Shown here in pieces: positions 1 through 12,156 of a DNA stretch of 64,000 nucleotides. The DNA is from Bugula neritina (taxonomy: Eukaryota > Animalia > Bryozoa), in assembly GCA_964035545.1 (NCBI GenBank), contig OZ037769.1, forward strand, positions 13,856,633 to 13,920,632. The letters run 5' to 3'. The notes beneath the pieces were generated by a model. That model saw only the letters and a list, made by a program, of their open reading frames with translations. It was not told the origin of the DNA and did no database searches. The position numbers and the translations under genes were made by a program. Position 1 is the first letter of the stretch, and each line of letters opens with the position of its first letter.

Positions 1-203
1 TGAAAAGATCAAGCAACGTGGTTGGGGTGCGTGAATTAGACTTTGTGCACTCGGCGGATGAATTTTGTTTCTACTTCCGCCGATACAAAAGTTGATATTT
101 CCGTGGTGTTGACAACTCCCACATTTGCTCGATACTTTTCCCGTACGGTTTTCCCCTAGACTTTCATACGCGCCGCTTTTAATGCAGTCACATACGAAGT
201 CCT

Positions 204-3200
204 TCAAATATGCGGGGGTTGCCTCGTACGTTGTCCCCGCTCCAGGGGAGGTGACGCACTCGTCGGTGTAATAGTAGGGGCCTCTGGTGGCGTCTCTACT
301 TCACCGTTAGTGGTCACTTCTTCTTGTTCTCCGGATGGAGCCCCTCCCTCCGTGGGGGTTTGCACTTCCGGAACCGGCTCGGTTTCTGGAAGTGGTGGAA
401 TCAGACTTGGCGGTGGCGGACACGCTTCTGTTGGTAAAAGCGGTCGCTCTTCTCTCACCAATTCTTTCTCCCGCGGTATGACCACTTCATATTCAGGTCC
501 CTGCCGCCGTCGCCCGCGCGTTGTTGTCTGCCTCCTGGGCTCCAACAACGGGGGGGCTTCTCCCACTGCGTCGGGGCTAGCCCAATACGGCTTCAAGCGA
601 GACTCATTCTGGATAGACACCTGTCCTGAGCGCTCAATCTTGTACGTATGGTTGGCCATAGCCTCGACGACCACGTAGGGTCCCACGAACTTAGGCTGTA
701 ACTTAGCCGCCTGTCCGCGACGCCTACGGTAATTGACCATCCACACCTTATCTCCCGTTTGGTAGAGGGGTGGTTCCTCGGATTCTTCGTGTCGCACCTT
801 CCACTGCTGTTCGCGCAGTATATCGTGTGCGGCCTTCATCCGTTCCACTAGTTCACTGGCATACTCGTGAATCGAGTTGTTTAGCTCTGGAACGTGGTGG
901 TTGAGATGGTCAGGAACCCGGGTCTCTCTCCCGAGCATCAAGAGGTTTGGGGTCTCACCAGTACTGGTGTGTGGGGTGCTACGGTATGCACGCATGACTT
1001 GCGGCAATACCGTATCCCATTCCTCTTGGCTGCGTCCGAGGAGAAGACTCCGGAGCGCATCACCTAGCATTCGGTTGTTGCGCTCCACCATCCCGTTACC
1101 TTGGGGGTGGTAAGGGGTGGTCCTGCTCTGATTCACTCCCCAGAGGCGGCAAAGGTCGCTCATCAGTTGAGACTGGAACTGAGCGCCTTGATCAGAGTGT
1201 ATCTGTTCGGGGAGCCCGAAATAACAGAATACATGTTGGTCTAGCGTCCTGGCCACTGTTGGGGCTGACGCATCTGGGATAGCCAGAGCATCTGCCCACC
1301 TAGTAAAGTGGTCGGTCAGTACTAAGATCCAACTATTGCCTCTGGGGGTCAGGGGCATCGGTCCGACCAGGTCAACAGCTACCACTTGCCACGGCCTGCC
1401 AGCATATAGCCTCCGCCGTCCCGCTTCACCAGGGAGACAGCCATGCTTGCTGGCCTGGCAGATTTTGCACTGCTTTGCTCTGAGCCGGACATCCCGCCCC
1501 ATTTTGGGGCCAATACCACGGGAGTTGCAATTTGGAGATCACTCTCTTGACCCCTGCATGGGCCTGTTTGTGAGTGTCCCAGATTAACTCACGGCGTATG
1601 GCACTGGGGCAGACCACCCTCTTCCTCTCCGGGTGTCTGCCGTTGGCAGCTAGAGAAATGGTCAATAGACCATCCTGCCCGATCCTCAGCGAGTCCCAAC
1701 GCTGGCAGAGTAGCCGGAACTCGGCGCATCCCTGCCGTATGCGTTCCTCGCTGGGTCGTCGCCCGTCCGTTTTGGCCCGATATATGTCTGCCACTACCCC
1801 AGGCAACTCCTCTTGGAGCTTCTTTAGCTCCTGGACATAATCGGCCCGTACAGGATTGGCGCGGAGATTTTGTACAAACTCCGGGGACTCGTCAACTTCC
1901 TGCCTGAGATGACCCTGGTCCCAGTCAAACGGTGCTCCGTGGTGAGCCAATGTCTCCAACTCCCATCGCGGGGGACCTCCGTCCCTCCTCTCGATGTTGA
2001 GACACTGTTTGCAGCCCCCATCAGGTCGGCGGCTCAACCCATCCGCATTGCTGTGTCTCTTGCCCGGTCGATGTTCGATCCGGTACGAGAACTCAGCTAG
2101 GATTTCGAGCCACCGGGTGACCTGACTAGAGGGCTCTGCTTTCTTGCACAACCAGATCAGCGAGGCATGATCCGTACGCAGCCGGAACTTCCTGCCGTAT
2201 AAGTATGGTTTGAAGTGCTTCACTGACTTGATTACTGCCAGCAGCTCCTTGCGGGTAGTGCAGTAACTTCGTTCAGTGGGTGAGAGAGACTTGCTGTAGT
2301 AGGCTACTACTACCTCTCGGCCTTCCTGCACTTGAGACAGCACAGTGCCAACATTTTGGTCACTGGCGTCAGTGTCGAGGATGTACTCTACAGTGGGGTC
2401 TGGGTAGGCCAAGATGGGCGCCGTTAGTAAGCAACCCTTGAGGCGGTCGAACGCTCCTTGTTCGACTGGGGGCCACTGCCACGTCACTCCCTTTGCGGTG
2501 AGCCGGTTTAACAGCTGTGCTATGCCCGCAAAGTCTGGTATGTATTGCCTGTAATACCCTACCAGCCCCGAGAAAGCCCGAAGTCCGGTCAAGTCTTGGG
2601 GGTGACCCAGTCTTCTATCGCCCGTACCTTTTCGGGATCCGTTGCCACGCCGTTTCGACCGACAACGTGCCCCAGGTACTTGACCTCCGGCTGCAATAGA
2701 GCGAACTTGGAAGGTTTCAGCTTGAGACCGGCACCTCGGAGTCTCTCGAAGACCTCCTGCAGACGACTGACATGCGTCTCGAAGTCTGGAGAGATCACGA
2801 TGACATCATCGAGGTAGATCAGCAGTGTTTTCCAATGGAGCCCGCTGAGGACTTGCTCCATCAGCCTCTGGAAGGTGGCTGGGGCGGAGGTTAACCCGAA
2901 AGGCAACACCTTCCACTTCCACAACCCGTCCCGTGTGATAAACGCCGCTTTCTCCTGGGCGTCGGGACTCAGAGGAACTTGCCAGTACCCACTCAGCAAG
3001 TCTAACGTACTGAAGTACCTGCTGCCGGCTAAGGCATCCAATGACTCATCAATACGAGGTAGAGAGTAGGCGTCCTGTATGGTTACGCTATTGAGTTTGC
3101 GGTAATCCACACAGAACCGCCAACTGCCGTCTTTCTTCCGGACCAGTACGACCGGCGAGCTCCACGCACAATGGGCGGGCTCTATGAGGCCGCGGTCCAG

Positions 3201-4175
3201 AAGATCCCGTACTTGTCGGCTAACCTCCTTTTCTTTTTCCGGCCCCAGCCTGCGTGTGGGTTGCCGAATAGGGACCGTCCCTGCAGTCAGCGGTATTTCG
3301 TGTCTGACAACTCCAGTCAGTCCCACGTCATGATCTCCGCTGCTGAACACATCACCGTAGTCGCGTAGCAACTTCGCCACAGCTTGGCATTTCTTGTTAC
3401 TCGCGCAGCCGCTACAGGCTGTTTCATATGACTCTCGGAGATGTGCTGGGACTGTCCGTCGCCCTGGAGTAGGGCACCGAGGGGATGCCTCCGTCGCATC
3501 ACCCAGCGACGGGCCCACGTCCTCCTCCTGAACGGAGTGAAAACGGCCCAGCATAGACCCAGCCGGAATCTTGACAGACTCGGTAAAGGGGTTGACGCAC
3601 TGCACTAAGATCTCCCCTTGCTCAGTCAGCTGATTCAGACTGCTGGCAAGTTGGATCCTTTCGTGCGCGCCTTCGACTACCCCGAGTCCAGAGATCCGGC
3701 TATTGTTCACACTGCAGTGAATGGTAGCCCGGGAGCGGCCTGGTATGGTACGGTTGCGTACCACCTGCACACCTCCCACTAAAGGGCGGCCGAACTTGTC
3801 GACGCAGGCGAGTTCCCGCCTGGACATCACCATCGCAGATTTACTAAAATCGATGTGACATCCGTGCCGTTTTAGAAATGGCATCCCGAGGATGGCGTCC
3901 TCCTTGAGCTGACTGACGATAAACGTCTCTTGGATCGTTTGATCACGGACTCGTCCCGTCAGCTCAATTATACCATAGAAGGGAAGGCATGACCCGTCAG
4001 CTAGGGTGCCATACTCCCCCTCGTATGGTTCCATCTCGCCCCTGACCCTAGTGCTGAGGGTGTCGAAGAGTTGGCGGCTTAGGAGGTTCGTGGTACAGCC
4101 CGAATCAATGAGAAAAGTAACAGCTTTGCCTTCCAATTTACCGGGCAAGAAATAGCTGTTCCCATGGGGCTGCAC
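204..4175 (-). pseudogene. pol: pol of element A (protease, RT, RNase H, integrase), frameshifted
   Basis: Motifs FLIDSGC, RFCVDYRKLN, YLDDVIV, LDTDAS, HHCC and VAVDLVGP...HSDQG...ERNNR are spread over ORFs 2589-4175, 1426-2592 and 204-1502, with frameshifts near 2590 and 1500. Confidence 0.93.
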
Positions 4176-4865
4176 CTGAACTCCCTCTTCAGGCCTTACT
4201 CTCGCAGAGAGTACCTCCCTTGTTTGGGTCGCGAAGGAGGTCTCTTGGTGTCACATATTCTGAGTGGACATATACCTATAGACTTACCGGGTTTTTCCTA
4301 ATGATTATACACGAATGTTCATAAATATTCTAGACTGATCAAAGAGATGGGTCATTGTTCATTGTTATTGTTTTCATTAGTCATGTTAACTACTGCCCAG
4401 CAATGTAAACAAGGTGTTGCGCAATAATTGCGAAATAACCATGGAAATTCCAATGTTTTGTTTTGTTTTGATTTTCTATAAATAGTATTGGCATGTGGGG
4501 AATGTTTTCTACTAGAATCTTCTATACTGGAATGCTTGAGAATGTTCTAGAGTGTTTTGTTTACTATAAATACTGAGGCAGTTGCGTTTACAAATCAGTT
4601 CATTTTTATAAATTCATCTGTGCATATCTTACTAGAGAAATAAAGTCTACTCATATTCACAACTCTATATACTCTCAACTGGATTAGCAAGCTGTATGCT
4701 ACTTGTCTATACACTTCTGACTACCAGACTTTTCGAACTCGTCACACTGCTACCAACAGTTTTGTGACAATTGGGGGCTGCTCCGGGAAGTCTCAGTCGC
4801 ACACAGGGAAGTTATTAGTTACAACGTGAGTATACACAGGATTAATTAACAGTTGTTGAGACATT

Positions 4866-7800
4866 ATGGCGTTGTTGGAGAGAGTGACACAAATGGGTAA
4901 AGATCTTGGATTGGTGGAGGACAAGCTCATAGCTTTTGTTGAAAAGAACCTACCCATTGTTGCTGCACAAGAAGAAAAAGAAAAGGACCGAGAGGAAAAA
5001 GAAAAGGACCGAGAGGAGCGTAGATTAGAGCGTGAGGCAGAAAAGATGAGGCAAGAAAATGAGAAAGCCCTAATGGAGATGAAGATAAAAGCTGATCAGG
5101 AGGCAACGGCATTCAAGGTTAAAGCTGATCAGGAGGCAATGGCACTCAAGGTTAAAGCTGACCAGGAGGCAGAAGAGAGAAAACAACAACATGAATTAGA
5201 TATGGAAAAGCTGAAAGCTGACACAAGTTTGGAGCACTCAAGACATGAGAGCACCAGGTTAGAAATAACTAACAAACCAAAACCAAAAATACCATTCTTT
5301 GATGAGAAGGTGGATGAAATGGATAGCTATTTAGAGCGGTTCGAGTGGGTTGCCGAAGGATGTAACTGGGACAAGGGAGATTGGCCCTACCATCTCAGTC
5401 AGTACCTAAGGGGTACAGCAACAGAAGCTTACATCCGGTTGTCACCTACCGATCGTAGAGATTATAAAAAAGTCAAAGAAGCCTTATTGGAGCGCTTTAA
5501 CTTGACTCAAGCGGGCTACAGAAAAAAGCTCAGAGAAGCAGAAGCTTACGAGGATGAAACTCCTGCCCAACTGTTCACTAGGATAGAAACTTATGTGCAC
5601 AAGTGGGTGGAGCTTTCAGGGGGCATGGACATAGCCAAACTAGTGGCGACTGAACAATTTATATCATCATGCCCAGACGACCTAGCTGTGCATTTAAAGC
5701 AAAGTTCCTACAACAGCAGTGAGGATATGTGTGATGCAGCGTCACTGTTTTTGCACGCCCGTGGAAGGAAACTAGCAAAGACAAAGAAAACTAATACAAA
5801 AAGGATGGAAAACACACCTGCTGATAGCATGCATGCTGAACAAGGAAGTAAAAGCGATGGTGCATGCTTCATCTGCAAAGATAAGTCACACATTGCTCGT
5901 AACTGCCCACGGCAAGGGAAGAAGTACTGTTCACATTGCAAGATGAACAACCACAATACTTCAGACTGCAGAAAGTATGGTGGGAGGTCAGTGCATGCTG
6001 CTGCTGCAATAGCGACTACTCAGAATAAGACTGTGGTCACAGATCCAGGAATTTCATCTAAAGTGGAAGGACCTACGGAAATCACAGTTAATGGTAAAAA
6101 GTTTGTCAACGCTGCTGTCTGCAAGAATGGACCTAAATTCAAAGATGGGGGCACAGCGATATTTGATGCGGAAGTTAATGGCCAACGAGCTACTGTAATG
6201 CGCGACACCGGCTGCGGTTGCATTGTAGTCAATGCAAAGTATGTGCAACCTCAACACTTAACTGGAGAATCAGTTTATCTGAAAATGGCTGATGCAAGTG
6301 TTAGGGAGGCTCAGTGGGCACTTATTTCAGTGCGCTCACCATTTTACAATGGTGTCGTCAAAGCTGCAGTAATGGACAAGACGATTTGTGACCTGCTTAT
6401 TGGGAATGTGGATGGAGCGAGATCAGCTGACCAACCGCTGGAAAACTGGAAGGACTGCGCCGTAACCACAAGAGCTCAAGCTGTCAAGGAGAAGTCAGGA
6501 GACAAACCACTGATGATTGATTCAAATGCTAACCCATTAAGTATAGGGAAAGATGAGATAGCCAGACTGCAGAGGGACGACCCCACATTGGAGCGTTTCT
6601 TCGATGCAAAAGAAGTGAAGGAGAAAAAGGGATGCACCACTAGGTTTGTGGTGAGGAATAAGATTCTGTACCGTGAGTACACCGACTCGAAGTCTGCCAG
6701 TGTAAAACCTGTTAAACAACTCATGGTACCCAGTTCACTGAGGAACGAAGTTTTACAGAAAGCTCATGACTGCATAATGAGCGGACACCTAGGAGTAAAG
6801 AAAACCACTGATAGAGTGCTTTCCAACTTCTTCTGGCCAGGACTAAACGGAGATGTCGTACGTTTCTGTCGGTCATGTGACATTTGCCAGAAGACGGTGA
6901 AAAAAGGCTCAGTCATGAAAGTTCCAGTACAGGAAACTCCGCTAATTGACACCCCATTCAAGAGATGTGCAGTAGACCTAATCGGACCAATTAACCCTCC
7001 AAGTGAGAAAGGACACCGCTACATCCTAACTTTAGTTGACTATGCTACAAGATATCCTGAAGCTACACCATTGAAGAACATTGACTCAGCTACTGTAGCT
7101 GAAGCGCTGCTTGACATATACAGTCGTGTTGGGATACCAGAGGAGGTGATAAGCGATCAAGGAACTCAATTCATCTCGGACTACATGAAAGAGTTTACCA
7201 GATTACTTGACATGCGGCAACTTTCTACCTCACCATACCATGCAATGGCCAATGGACTTGTGGAAAAGTTCAACGGAACCCTCAAGAGTATATTAAAAAA
7301 GTTGTGTGCTAAAGAGCCAAGACAGTGGCATCGGTTCATCAATGCGGCTCTATTTGCATATAGAGAAGTCCCACAGGAATCAACAGGCTTCGCCCCATTC
7401 GAGTTACTCTATGGAAGAACTGTGCGTGGACCAATGTACATCCTGCGACAACTTTGGACAAAAGAAGACACTGCCGATGAAGTCAAGACCTGCTATCAAC
7501 ATGTTTTTGAATTGAGAGAGCGTTTAGATGACATGATGGAAATGGCACTAGCTTCGTTAAAAGACAGTCAAAAAAGATACAAACACTATTTTGACAAGAA
7601 AGCTAAGCAGAGAGACTTCAAATCTGGTGACAAAGTGCTCATTCTTCTACCTACGGATGGAAATAAATTGCTGATGCATTGGCAAGGACCATTCAATATT
7701 GAGGAGAAAGTCAGACTGAATGACTACATTATCAACATTAGAAGCAAGAGGAGAACATACCATGCCAACATGCTGAAGAAATATTTTGAGCGGGAGACAC

Positions 7801-8027
7801 CTACCGACCCTATGACTGTTGGAGCTGTGATGACTCTAGATGCTGCTGGTGATAGAATTATTGATCACGATAAGGAAAGAGAAGAATGCCAAGATGATGT
7901 GTTGGACCTGTACAGTAAGAAACAGCAGAGTGATGAGATGGGCTATGTATTTACAGAACTTCAGAATCAAGGTGGAGTCAATCAAAGGAAAGGACAATGT
8001 TGGAGCCGATTATCTAAGCCGAATTGA
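4866..8027 (+). CDS. Gag-protease-integrase polyprotein of element B (no RT)
   Basis: 1053 aa: coiled coil, gag core, CFICKDKSHIARNC knuckle, MRDTGC protease, HHCC, AVDLIGP/ISDQG/EKFN integrase. No YxDD. RNase H C-terminal tail (NSRVMRWAMYLQ...GKDNVGADYLSR) lies in another frame at ~7910-8040. Confidence 0.9.
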   Translation: MALLERVTQMGKDLGLVEDKLIAFVEKNLPIVAAQEEKEKDREEKEKDREERRLEREAEKMRQENEKALMEMKIKADQEATAFKVKADQEAMALKVKADQEAEERKQQHELDMEKLKADTSLEHSRHESTRLEITNKPKPKIPFFDEKVDEMDSYLERFEWVAEGCNWDKGDWPYHLSQYLRGTATEAYIRLSPTDRRDYKKVKEALLERFNLTQAGYRKKLREAEAYEDETPAQLFTRIETYVHKWVELSGGMDIAKLVATEQFISSCPDDLAVHLKQSSYNSSEDMCDAASLFLHARGRKLAKTKKTNTKRMENTPADSMHAEQGSKSDGACFICKDKSHIARNCPRQGKKYCSHCKMNNHNTSDCRKYGGRSVHAAAAIATTQNKTVVTDPGISSKVEGPTEITVNGKKFVNAAVCKNGPKFKDGGTAIFDAEVNGQRATVMRDTGCGCIVVNAKYVQPQHLTGESVYLKMADASVREAQWALISVRSPFYNGVVKAAVMDKTICDLLIGNVDGARSADQPLENWKDCAVTTRAQAVKEKSGDKPLMIDSNANPLSIGKDEIARLQRDDPTLERFFDAKEVKEKKGCTTRFVVRNKILYREYTDSKSASVKPVKQLMVPSSLRNEVLQKAHDCIMSGHLGVKKTTDRVLSNFFWPGLNGDVVRFCRSCDICQKTVKKGSVMKVPVQETPLIDTPFKRCAVDLIGPINPPSEKGHRYILTLVDYATRYPEATPLKNIDSATVAEALLDIYSRVGIPEEVISDQGTQFISDYMKEFTRLLDMRQLSTSPYHAMANGLVEKFNGTLKSILKKLCAKEPRQWHRFINAALFAYREVPQESTGFAPFELLYGRTVRGPMYILRQLWTKEDTADEVKTCYQHVFELRERLDDMMEMALASLKDSQKRYKHYFDKKAKQRDFKSGDKVLILLPTDGNKLLMHWQGPFNIEEKVRLNDYIINIRSKRRTYHANMLKKYFERETPTDPMTVGAVMTLDAAGDRIIDHDKEREECQDDVLDLYSKKQQSDEMGYVFTELQNQGGVNQRKGQCWSRLSKPN

Positions 8028-8524
8028 CTCAGAATTTTAAGTAGTAAGGAGAAATTATCAAAATAATTTCTCTTAGAATGGGGGGTTGTCACAAATTCTG
8101 AGTGGACATATACCTATAGACTTACCGGGTTTTTCCTAATGATTATACACGAATGTTCATAAATATTCTAGACTGATCAAAGAGATGGGTCATTGTTCAT
8201 TGTTATTGTTTTCATTAGTCATGTTAACTACTGCCCAGCAATGTTAACAAGGTGTTGCGCAATAATTGCGAAATAACCATGGAAATTCCAATGTTTTGTT
8301 TTGTTTTGATTTTCTATAAATAGTATTGGCATGTGGGGAATGTTTTCTACTAGAATCTTCTATACTGGAATGCTTGAGAATGTTCTAGAGTGTTTTGTTT
8401 ACTATAAATACTGAGGCAGTTGCGTTTACAAATCAGTTCATTTTTATAAATTCATCTGTGCATATCTTACTAGAGAAATAAAGTCTACTCATATTCACAA
8501 CTCTATATACTCTCAACTGGATTA

Positions 8525-9280
8525 CACAGGATAGTTAAGGGCATCCTCAGCAAGAATATCATAAATTTCTCTCAAAATGTAGTTCAGGTTCTTGAATAAC
8601 ATTGCTCTGCGGGTGGCATGCGTGTTGCCTACTTGCAATTGTTTAGCCTAAGATTAAACTACAACCAATAAGCAGCAACCTTCATTAGGGCTGCGTCATC
8701 TATCAACATTCCATTATTGGTGCTACATAAACACAGCACCAAGCAAGCTATTCATTATAGCCTGCCAGCTAGCAAGCCTGTAATTATTATGTACGCGCCA
8801 ATATCTTCTCATCCCTACGTGCTCATTGAAGCGTGAAGCACTGCGCGCTGCTAGTTTCTTATGAAAAAATATGACATTTTCAGTGTATAAATCACCAATT
8901 TGTGAGCAATCTAGCAGAGTTATTGGAAAAAGAAAAAAAGTTGCACTGGAGAAATATCTTAGGATTCCAGCAATGCAATTTTTATTCAGATATTATGTTT
9001 TGCTGCTGAGATATTTTACTGGTACTGAATAGTCAGCTTTTCTGGCAAAATTGGCCAAAATTGGGCAGTTTTTTGTCTATAACTTTGCAAAAAAAATGAA
9101 AATTGAAATTTCCAAAAAACTTACACTGGGGAAAAAGAAGATCTACAACATAGTTTTTGAATTTTGACTCTAGCACAATTAGGTGAGATTTTATTTTACT
9201 GGTACTGAATTCTTATATGATTACAATGCAAACCTCAGCAAGGCAGTTGCAGCTAAAAGGTTGCCCTTAACTATCCTGTG
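8525..9280. mobile_element. Non-autonomous TIR element (MITE; TA target, Tc1/mariner-like)
   Basis: 19-bp TIRs CACAGGATAGTTAAGGGCA / TGCCCTTAACTATCCTGTG with TA duplication; the empty site GGATTAGCAAG is visible in the 5' LTR at ~4681. Confidence 0.92.
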
Positions 9281-9598
9281 TAGCAAGCTGTATGCTACTT
9301 GTCTATACACTTCTGACTACCAGACTTTTCGAACTCGTCACACTGCTACCAACAGTTTTGTGACACTTGGGATGGTGGTAAGTGGGCCTCGGAGGTGCCG
9401 AGGCTAGATTTCCGGCTACCTTTGCTGGCTCCCATCCAGATTCTTGGGCTGGTAGCCCGTCGAATCGATTGTGGAGGGGCATGGAGAAGGTAGCGGCGGG
9501 GCGGAGCCCCTTGCTGGTCCGTCGCGGCTGTTGCCACTTTTGGTTACCAGCACGCGGCACCCGTCTGGGTGACCTGCGTTTCTTCTTCCCTGGAGGTT

Positions 9599-10552
9599 TC
9601 ATCGTCGGCTCGCAAGAGGTGGGAACATCTGCGGGTCGCGGTAGTTTAACCCCGGAGTTAGGAAGGGACAGTACCTGCGGAAATGTCCTTGATTTCCGCA
9701 TTCCCAGCAAAAACTGACCGTTTCCCCCCGTGGCGGCGCCGGTGGCCGTACGGGCTCAGCGGCGGTACCTACTGGGATTTGGGGTGTCAGTGTTGCTATC
9801 AGTTTGGCCAGCATGTCAGTCAGTTGAGTGACTTTCCATGCTGTCGCTAACTGAGCCACGGCAGCCGTCGCGGAGGTTTCCTCCTCTCGTCCCGCTGCCG
9901 TGTCCGGGCGGTCTACCTCCACTTGACGGGAGTTCCCGCGACTTTTATGCATCTGATTGGCTAAGAGGTAAGCTTCCCCCTCTGTCAGAGCATCTTCAAC
10001 GGTGGTGACTCCCCTAGCTAGAAACTGGTGGTGGAGACCCAGATCGTCGACAGATGCTATGAAGGCGTCCAGGGTATACCTCTCGCGGTTGGCTGGGGGC
10101 ACGTCGCTGTACGCGATCTGTGCCAGCTTCATGACCGCGGCGGCATGTTCCCGTAGCGGGGTGCGGAGATCACGCCGCAACCTTTGTAGTCGGGCCCGGG
10201 CATCTGTAGCAGAGCGGCTGAAGCGGGCCCGCAGAGAAGCAAAGATTTTATCGATGTCTACGCCCAGCCCATAAGGCTTGGCTTTGTCCATCAATGCCAT
10301 TCTAAGCTTCAGCAGGGCCACCCTAGGGGGCCACTGGGCGACGTCCATTACGTCGCTAAACTCTTGGATGAATTGCTCCACCTCTTCTTCACCCGTGAAG
10401 GTGGGCGCCTTTAACCGGTAGCGGTCTTCAGTTAGTTCCCGCAGAACCCTTCGCTCTTCTACTACATGGTTGACAGGCATTGTCTCTACAGCATTGTCTC
10501 TGCGCTCACCTTCTACTGCCGGTGGTTGCATTCCAGCATTTTCAGTCTCCAT
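9599..10552 (-). CDS. gag: gag of element A with CCHC zinc knuckle
   Basis: 317 aa ORF starting just after the PBS; CWECGNQGHFRRYC knuckle; homologous to gag at 38950-40617 and 51692-52297. Confidence 0.88.
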   Translation of the reverse strand: METENAGMQPPAVEGERRDNAVETMPVNHVVEERRVLRELTEDRYRLKAPTFTGEEEVEQFIQEFSDVMDVAQWPPRVALLKLRMALMDKAKPYGLGVDIDKIFASLRARFSRSATDARARLQRLRRDLRTPLREHAAAVMKLAQIAYSDVPPANRERYTLDAFIASVDDLGLHHQFLARGVTTVEDALTEGEAYLLANQMHKSRGNSRQVEVDRPDTAAGREEETSATAAVAQLATAWKVTQLTDMLAKLIATLTPQIPVGTAAEPVRPPAPPRGETVSFCWECGNQGHFRRYCPFLTPGLNYRDPQMFPPLASRR

Positions 10553-10585
10553 CTTGGATGTGCACTATCCCACTGCTGCCACCAC

Positions 10586-10891
10586 TGTTATGATTTTCAG
10601 AATTAGGGTCGATATGTAATCCAGAGAGTCTAATTACTTGCTAGAGAACTCCACCAGGATAAGTCGAGTGAACGAGTATATATTTTAAACACAAGAACAC
10701 ATTACAAAAACGATACAAATACATTTAATAATTCACACATCTAGACTATTCAACACTCTAACTTCGACTAACTAACAGCGGGAAAACTACTACTGCTAAT
10801 AACTATCAAAGCCGCTAATTGGCTGTCATTGTTCCGGGTTAATTACGCGACTCTGCGTATCGTGCTGCTGGTAGCTCCACGAGCCACCACA
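10586..10891 (-). repeat. 5' LTR of element A (306 bp)
   Basis: TGTTATG...GAGCCACCACA; same boundaries as related LTR copies at 50930-51238 and 52331-52637; PBS adjacent. Confidence 0.88.
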
Positions 10892-12156
10892 CTAGCACTG
10901 TCCGAGATTAGCTGTGCGCGCCGGAAGGCGTTACCTATATACATGGAGTGGATCCTGATTGGACGACACAAGATTCTGGCAGTGTCGCCCGTGGTCACTG
11001 GCATGGCACCGCATGGAGATGCGGCATGACTCGGATTTGCCGTTCCTGACCATAATCTATTGAGTCAAGTTTAGCAGGGGGTACTGGGGGGGGGGGGGGG
11101 TGTACTTCTACTAGCCATTGCATTAACTAGAATAAAAACAATGTTGAAATAAGTATCAATTATATATAAGAAAACTTTCTGTCAAATGTCATTGCTTATA
11201 TATTTTGTATCAATTATAGCCAATATTTCTAACAATATTATAGTTATTCAGAGGATTTCTTTTAAACCTTTTGATATTTTTTTAATCTTCAGTACTATAT
11301 TAAATGTGCAATGCGTGCAATATCTTTGTTATCATACTTTAATGATTTATACTTAATAAACTAATTATCAAAATAATTAAACAACGGTTGATGGTTTTAG
11401 TGTTTCATTGGCACATTTATAAATTAAAATTTAAGGTATTGAAAATGCGTTCATTGAATTTACAGTGCATGAAAATTGAGCTGCTAACTATAAAATTATT
11501 GACTATGTATATGTACAGGTATATTATAGCCTCAATGTTGATAGATAATAAAAATAAATACTTTTTATTAATTCCAAAGCTAGCTTAATTCTGCATCTTT
11601 TGGTTTGCTAGCTATAAAGTATCAAATTCTAGCTGTTATAATGTGAGTTTAGTGTATAATCAGTGTATATACTTCAAAGCATGCTGTAGTCTGATCTGCT
11701 AATGTCATTACAATGTAATATGTTATTGCCTAAATTTATATAGGTTTCAGAATATTTACCTATATAATTTGTATAGAGAACAAAATTGTATATTTAAAAG
11801 AAAAATTAAATTCGATTTATTGTAATTTATTGATAGCTTTATGGTTCTAATTACAGTTGTACTTATCTACTAACCATGCATAATGTTTCCTAAATGTTTC
11901 CTTAAATGTCATAATCATTTTGTTCACTCTGGCAAATTTAAAAAATATTTTGTTAAGTTATCAACATTATCTTAACTGTGTAGCCTATATAAAATTAAAG
12001 CTTTACTATTGTTGTGAGTTTTAGCACAATTATCAAGCGTGGATTGCCTGCGTATTTAATGTCAATTTAACTAGCAATTACTAGTCTGGCTTGCGTACGA
12101 TAACCTTTATTTAACTCGATAAACATGATTATAACAACGCATCAAATTACTATATA

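Larger units (their letters stand above)
4249..9365 (+). mobile_element. Gmr1-type Gypsy element B with RT/RNase H deleted, nested in element A
   Basis: LTRs 4249-4769 and 8087-9365 (the latter split by a MITE), TGTCACA...TGTGACA termini, 5-bp TSD CTTGG, tRNA-Pro-like PBS TGGGGGCTGCTCCGGGA (4772-4788), PPT AGAATGGGGGG before 8087. Confidence 0.93.
1..10891 (-). mobile_element. Gypsy LTR retrotransposon A (decayed; 3' part outside window; interrupted by element B)
   Basis: Minus-strand gag (9599-10552) and PR-RT-RH-IN pieces (204-4175). 5' LTR 10586-10891 (TG...CA), tRNA-Leu-type PBS at 10567-10584. Confidence 0.93.

Noticed and set aside
310-3502. Many short plus-strand or alternative-frame ORFs over Gypsy pol (also 35000-40400)
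   Set aside because: Shadow ORFs of GC-rich coding sequence with no recognisable motifs.
10892-11060. GC-rich stretch flanking the LTR of A
   Set aside because: Possibly part of another element, but no boundaries or motifs could be supported.
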